This document shows positions 59,290 through 64,000 of a stretch of DNA of 64,000 nt, in pieces. The position numbers and the translations under genes are program-made. Numbering within the stretch: position 1 is the stretch's first letter; every line of letters begins with the position of its first letter. This DNA is from an uncultured delta proteobacterium (lineage in GTDB: Bacteria; Myxococcota_A; Polyangia; Palsa-1104): the NCBI GenBank assembly GCA_963785725.1, contig CAWAWS010000009.1:76314-140313 (forward strand). Direction: 5' to 3'. The notes beneath the pieces were generated by a model that saw only the letters and a program-made list of their open reading frames with translations, made no database searches and had not been told where the DNA came from.

Positions 59290-62200
59290 TCACGCACCAG
59301 CGTGCGCTCCGCTGCGGTGCTCGCTCGGCCTTGCGCTCGGCCCGCTTGCGACGGACTCGCAGTGCACGACGGGGCGCGGTGAACTAAAGTCGTCACTGAC
59401 GATCTCCTCGCGGACGCGCTCGACCACGGCGATGTTGACCAGGTAGATGAGCTCGTGCGGCTCGAGGCGCACGTTCTCGACGGCGACGCGCTTGTCCTCG
59501 TCGAAGATGGTGATGGCGTCGATCACTTCGACGCCGGGCACGTCTTCGACGAGGTGCGCCAGGTCGGTCTTGTAGACGGCGCGGCCGAATGCCCAGCCCT
59601 TGCCGTCGCGACCACCGACGAGCGGATGCAGATAGCGGCGCAGGCGATCCTCGATCTCGCGCTTGACGCGATCCGACTGCCCGACGGTGCGGCGCACCAG
59701 CGTCACCTTGATCGAGAACTCGACGTAGCCGGCTTTGATGACGTCGACGACGGTGCCGACCAAGCGGCGCTCGTCGAGGTAGTTCTTCACGAAGCGCAAC
59801 AGCTCGGGCGCCGGCACGAGGCGCTTGGTCAGGTCGAGGTTCTTCTCGTCGCCGCGCGGCACGACGACGACTTGCACCTGCCCGTCATGCTTCTGCGACG
59901 GCAAGCACTTGGCGCGCGCGACGCCCGTCGACGAACGCAGCGCCAGCGTCTCGAAGTCCTCGGCGGTGACGGCGCGGTCGCGCGACTTGAGCAGCATCGG
60001 CGCGCGCGACTTCGCTTCGTCGATCGTCTCGGCGTCGGAGCCACCGGCGGCGGGGATGACGTTGTAGCACTTGTCGATGTAAGCGATGGCGCGGGTCAGC
60101 TGCGTCAGCGTGCCGCCGTTGACGTTGCCGCGCACGCCGCCGCCGATCTGGTAGCGCCGCGCGACGACGTTGTTGCGCCCGCTGGCCGGCATCATGCCTT
60201 TGATGCCGTCGCCGAACTGGATCTTGCCCGTGATCGGGTTGCGCACGTAATGGCGCGAGCGCGGCCCCGAGTCGAAGAAGCTCTCGACCGAGCGCCAGCG
60301 CACCCAATAGCCGACCTCTTGGCCTTCGCCTTCGGCGCGCACCGGATCGTCGCCCAGGTCGAGCAGGTCTTCGGGCGCCGGCTGATCTTGCTCTTTGACT
60401 TCGATCGCTTCGCCTTCGAGCAGCGGGCCGTGCGACACGCCGAACGTCTGAATCGGCGAGCCGTCCGACGAGCCCATGATCTCGTCGCGAATGGTGACGA
60501 CGTTGGCCGACTCGACCGTGTTGGTGAGGATGCGCTGAATGCGCGGCGGCTTGACGTAGCCGCCCATCTCCAAGCGCGCGCGAATCCAGTAGCGATCTTC
60601 GGTGAACTTCATCGTCTTCTGATGATCGTCGGGGCCGACGAAGTCGACGAAGCCGGAGACGGTGAAGTTCTTGGTGCCGTCCATGACCACGAGCGGCGAC
60701 CAGTTGCTGCCGTCGAAGTATTCCCACACGACGCGCTGCTCGGCTTCCCACACGGCGTCGCGATCGGCGTAGTAGTTGCGCAGGAACTCGGCGTCGGCGC
60801 GATCGTCTTTGTGCTGCGCGACGACGTCGGACAAGAGCACGTAGAGCGAGATCGGATCGTTCGGCAGTTTGCCGTTCCAGCCGAGATAGAGCGCGGCGCC
60901 TTCGTCGGGCACGGCGCTGAACGGCTGGAACGGACGATAGTCGACCTTCGCTTCGTCCGAGTGATCGCGATAACGGAAGTCGTTGTACGAGAGCACGTGC
61001 TTCACGTGCTGCAGGTCGGCGCGGTACTTGAAGCCGATCGACTTGAACGACGGCGGCTTGAGCGGGCGATCGTCGCGCCAGACCCACTTGTCGCCGTCGA
61101 GCATGTAGCAGCCGGGCAGGCCGAAGTCGCCGTTCTCGACGCGCGCGCGCACCCAAAAGTTGTCTTCGCCGTTCACTTCGCCGGCGTGCATGTCGGCGGG
61201 CACGCGGAAGGTGACGACGCCGGTCTTCGTGAACGCGTAGGTCGTGTCGACGAAGCCCCACGTGTTCTCGGGCATGCGCAGCGTGCCTTTGGCGGTCGAC
61301 TTGCCGAGCACGCGCCACTTCTTGCCGTCGAAATATTCCCACGACAGGACCAGCTCTTCGGACGCCTTCGGCTCCGGCGCCACCGTCGCGTCGGAGATGA
61401 CGATCTCGACGCGCACTTCCGCTTCCGGCTGCGACAGCATCTCGCGCGACGCCAAGTACAGACACTGATCGATCTTCGGCTGCTGCCCGAGCGGGAAGAC
61501 GTTCTTGCCGAGATCGAGCGCCAGGAACACGCCGCCGTCGAGGTTGGCGAACGCCACATCGGGCACGACACCTTCGCCCGACGTCTCGATGATCGCCTTG
61601 GCCGTGTCGATCTCGGTCTCCCACGGATTCTGCGGCACTTCGGCGAGCCGCCCGCGCACCCAATAGTCCTCGACGCCGTGCACCTGCGTCGACGCCATGT
61701 CTTGCGGACCGAAGAACACGACCTCGCCGCGCTCGACCTCGACCTGCATCATGCGCAGCTCGCGCCAGCGACGGCCGTTCCAATATTCCCACTCGAGCAG
61801 GCGCGCCAAATCGCGGCCGCCATGATCGGGCGCCGTGACCATGAGCTTGAGCAGCGACGAATCCGACACCGCCTTCAAGCGCTGATCGCCCAAATACAAG
61901 AAGCGATCGATGCGGTCGGCGCCGGCGAACGCTTCGAAGCCTTCGGTGCGCGCGCCTTGCAGGAACGGCGAGTTGTCGGCGTAGGTCTCGTTGAAGTACG
62001 AGAAGCAGCGGTCGAGCGGCGCGCCGACGACCACCAGCTCCTTCTGCGTCTCGAAGATGATCGTGTCTTCGTCGGCCGCCTGCGCCGTCGCGATCTGCGT
62101 GCCTTCTTTGACGATCTGCTTCTCGGCGCCCTCGACGAGGTCGAACGTGATGAGCGCGCGCGCCGGCTGCGGCGAACGCAGCCGAATGCCGATCATGTTC

Positions 62201-62406
62201 AAGAACGCGAGGTAGTTCTTCTCCGGGACGCGATTGAGCCGATACAGGATCAGCTCCGTCATCCACGCCGTCAGCTCGACGATCGTGATGCCCGGATCGG
62301 ACGGATTATGGTTCGTCCAGTCGGGGCAATAGCGCGGAATGAGGCGCATCGCCTCGGCGACGATATCGGCGTAGGTGCGGTCGTCGAGCTTCGGCGCTGG
62401 AATCAC
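59290..62406 (-). CDS. Baseplate J-like wedge protein (Afp11-like)
   Basis: PKLDDRTY..YCPDWTNHNPSDPGIT..YRLNRVPEKN..IQFGDG..GGGVRGNV..RAVTAEDFE..LHPLVGG..GWAFGR. Confidence 0.93.
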   Translation of the reverse strand: MIPAPKLDDRTYADIVAEAMRLIPRYCPDWTNHNPSDPGITIVELTAWMTELILYRLNRVPEKNYLAFLNMIGIRLRSPQPARALITFDLVEGAEKQIVKEGTQIATAQAADEDTIIFETQKELVVVGAPLDRCFSYFNETYADNSPFLQGARTEGFEAFAGADRIDRFLYLGDQRLKAVSDSSLLKLMVTAPDHGGRDLARLLEWEYWNGRRWRELRMMQVEVERGEVVFFGPQDMASTQVHGVEDYWVRGRLAEVPQNPWETEIDTAKAIIETSGEGVVPDVAFANLDGGVFLALDLGKNVFPLGQQPKIDQCLYLASREMLSQPEAEVRVEIVISDATVAPEPKASEELVLSWEYFDGKKWRVLGKSTAKGTLRMPENTWGFVDTTYAFTKTGVVTFRVPADMHAGEVNGEDNFWVRARVENGDFGLPGCYMLDGDKWVWRDDRPLKPPSFKSIGFKYRADLQHVKHVLSYNDFRYRDHSDEAKVDYRPFQPFSAVPDEGAALYLGWNGKLPNDPISLYVLLSDVVAQHKDDRADAEFLRNYYADRDAVWEAEQRVVWEYFDGSNWSPLVVMDGTKNFTVSGFVDFVGPDDHQKTMKFTEDRYWIRARLEMGGYVKPPRIQRILTNTVESANVVTIRDEIMGSSDGSPIQTFGVSHGPLLEGEAIEVKEQDQPAPEDLLDLGDDPVRAEGEGQEVGYWVRWRSVESFFDSGPRSRHYVRNPITGKIQFGDGIKGMMPASGRNNVVARRYQIGGGVRGNVNGGTLTQLTRAIAYIDKCYNVIPAAGGSDAETIDEAKSRAPMLLKSRDRAVTAEDFETLALRSSTGVARAKCLPSQKHDGQVQVVVVPRGDEKNLDLTKRLVPAPELLRFVKNYLDERRLVGTVVDVIKAGYVEFSIKVTLVRRTVGQSDRVKREIEDRLRRYLHPLVGGRDGKGWAFGRAVYKTDLAHLVEDVPGVEVIDAITIFDEDKRVAVENVRLEPHELIYLVNIAVVERVREEIVSDDFSSPRPVVHCESVASGPSARPSEHRSGAHAGA

Positions 62407-62431
62407 GCGAATACCTCAGCGAAGGAGCGCA

Positions 62432-62833
62432 TCACGATTCATCGCTCCGACGGATGTAGAAGGGATAGACGAGATTGCGCGAGCTGTTGGTGGCCCGCAC
62501 TTTGTAACGAATGTTGATGTCGAGGCGGTTGGCGTCGTCGCGGTTGGGATCGGCCGAGGCCTCGACGTCCTCGATGCGCGGCTCCCACTTCGTCAGCGCC
62601 TCGATGGCAAAATGGGCCGCCAAGCTCGCCGTGTTCAAGTTGTTCGGCGCGTAGACGAGATCGTGGATGCTGCAGCCGAACGTCGGGCGCATGACGCGTT
62701 CACCCGGCGCCGTGCCGAGGATGATGTGGATCGACTGGCGGATCGATTCGTCCTGCTCCGACAGCGCAATGCCGCCGGCGCGATCCACTTCGACGGGGTA
62801 CTTCCACCCCTTGCCGAGAAAATTACGCGCCAC
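62432..62833 (-). CDS. gp25/GPW baseplate protein (Afp9-like)
   Basis: GTG start after GAGGGG; FLGKGW, ILGTAPGERVMRPTFGC, WEPRI, NLVYPFY. Confidence 0.95.
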   Translation of the reverse strand: MARNFLGKGWKYPVEVDRAGGIALSEQDESIRQSIHIILGTAPGERVMRPTFGCSIHDLVYAPNNLNTASLAAHFAIEALTKWEPRIEDVEASADPNRDDANRLDINIRYKVRATNSSRNLVYPFYIRRSDES

Positions 62834-62844
62834 GTCCCCTCGCT

Positions 62845-63039
62845 TTAGATCGCCGTCGCGTTCAAGCGCCCCTCGATGAAGCGCTTGCACGCGCGACATT
62901 CGAGGCGGAGACGCTGATCGTTCCGGTCGACCAAGATCTCGCCTTTGCTACAGAACGGGCAGCGCAGATTGCGATCGCGGCCGGCGGCGACTTCGTCGAG
63001 CACGTCCTGCCAGACCATCGCCGCTTCTTCGTCCACCAC
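62845..63039 (-). CDS. Small zinc-ribbon protein
   Basis: CPFC and CRAC pairs; GGGGGAGAG RBS; first gene after the promoter. Confidence 0.7.
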   Translation of the reverse strand: MVDEEAAMVWQDVLDEVAAGRDRNLRCPFCSKGEILVDRNDQRLRLECRACKRFIEGRLNATAI

Positions 63040-63076
63040 GCTCTCCCCCGCTCGCTCCCGCCTTCAAGAGCGGGAA

Positions 63077-63141
63077 ATTATAGTCAGCGTTGCGTTTTTT
63101 GGTCAATGAGAAGCGGCCGAAAACCTGTGACAACTTGTGAC
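63077..63141 (-). promoter_or_regulatory. Sigma70 promoter of the baseplate/FHA/AAA operon with upstream direct repeat
   Basis: Minus strand TTGACC (63106-63101)-18 bp-TATAAT (63082-63077); GTCACA-N4-GTCACA at 63141-63126. Confidence 0.75.
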
Positions 63142-63194
63142 TTTCGTAGCCGTTTGGGCTTCGGGCGGCGCGCGGTCGCCGACGCCTCGCGGCG

Positions 63195-64000
63195 TCAGCT
63201 CGACGACTTGGCGTCGCGACGAAACTTGAACTCGGTGCGATAGCCGCCGGACGTGCCGGCGTGGACGTAACGATGTTTGACGGCGGTCACATAATATTTG
63301 CCGTTGAAGCGCTTGTCCTGGACGTTGACGCTGACGATGATGCCCGGCTTCATCGACGGATTGCCTTTGCAGGTGCCGTCGCCGGTGATGAAGCTCATGA
63401 GGCGCTCCTGCAAGATCGACTTGGCGATGTTGTCGGCCTCTTCCTTCGACGACACCGGCGACTCGACCTGGATCTGCAAGACGCCCGAGTGCGTCGCGTC
63501 GGCGACTTGCGAGCCGGTCTTGTCGCCGAGCTTCGACGACGACGGCTTGGCGCTGCCGACGATCTCCTTCTTCTTGTCGTGATCCCAGCCGTAGACGCGC
63601 ACTTCGGAGACCTGATTGGCCGTCGACAAGCGCGGCATGAACTTCTCGAGCACGTTGGCGCCCGACAGTCCGAACTCGAGCGTGATGCCGGAGTCGGCAT
63701 CGATGCGCTTGCGGAAGTTGAGCTCCTTGTCGCTGACGAAGATCTCGAAGCCGAGCCGCGCGGCGCGCAGCCGCAAGAACTCCAGATCGCTCATGTTGTG
63801 CTGGTAGACGTGCTCGTACTTCGTCGTCGGCGGCGTGTCGCCGAACTTGGCCGTCAGGCCGTACGCCTGGCAGACCTTGTCGACGATGTCCTTGTCGGTC
63901 ACCTGCTTGTGCGCCACCGACTTCTTGCCGCGCGTCAGCCGATGCAGCTGGTTGAGCGCGCGAATGACCGACGCGAGCCGGCCCGCGCGAGTCGTAGATC
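63195..64000 (-). CDS. Phage late-control D / VgrG gp27-like hub protein (5'-truncated by window edge)
   Basis: LHRLTRGKKS..TDKDIV..QHNMSDLEFL..AARLGF..VRVYGWD..GKYYVTAVKH..YRTEF. Confidence 0.88.
   Translation of the reverse strand, partial: STTRAGRLASVIRALNQLHRLTRGKKSVAHKQVTDKDIVDKVCQAYGLTAKFGDTPPTTKYEHVYQHNMSDLEFLRLRAARLGFEIFVSDKELNFRKRIDADSGITLEFGLSGANVLEKFMPRLSTANQVSEVRVYGWDHDKKKEIVGSAKPSSSKLGDKTGSQVADATHSGVLQIQVESPVSSKEEADNIAKSILQERLMSFITGDGTCKGNPSMKPGIIVSVNVQDKRFNGKYYVTAVKHRYVHAGTSGGYRTEFKFRRDAKSSS

Noticed and set aside
59290..59400. C-terminal extension of baseplate-J beyond ERVREEIV as a functional domain
   Set aside because: Low-complexity and atypical; may result from an indel removing the true stop. 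Cannot be resolved without reads.
59455..62517. Long antisense ORFs (also 20122..22947, 31207..33024, 51509..53542)
   Set aside because: They mirror well-supported genes on the other strand, as expected from high GC3 codon bias, and carry no motifs.

Overview
High-GC bacterial contig, most likely Myxococcota (it carries an MXAN_5187-family gene, a TIGR02265/DUF2378-like gene and many FHA, PEGA and lipoprotein genes). The left ~36 kb is ordinary: thrC, ffh, comEC, a sensor kinase, an M1 aminopeptidase, sixA, ROK, nth, a KamA-family radical SAM, queG, thiC and an ABC-2 exporter. The right ~28 kb is the notable part. A tightly packed minus-strand operon of about 16 kb (63039->47144) has its own near-consensus sigma70 promoter. 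It joins extracellular contractile-injection-system (eCIS)/phage-tail genes (gp25, baseplate-J, a PASTA-fused P2-gpI-like tail protein, a tail-fibre-like protein, an Afp15-type AAA+ ATPase; a GPD/VgrG-like gene lies just upstream) to four consecutive FHA proteins and a Ycf46-DUF1257-DUF2997 triad. Next to it are a DUF4157-pentapeptide-TPR operon, a Ser/Thr kinase operon and a PP2C phosphatase. A short (K/R/S)-T-x-x-hydrophobic-(D/E) motif recurs in the kinase, three FHA proteins, the tail protein and a PEGA protein, which suggests a phospho-threonine-controlled and possibly membrane-tethered CIS (inference). Many genes, including essential ffh, carry 1-nt frameshifts that look like long-read assembly errors. 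All family calls are from motif recognition by eye; no database searches were run. No rRNA, tRNA, CRISPR array or transposase was seen. Sheath, tube and spike genes are not in the window.
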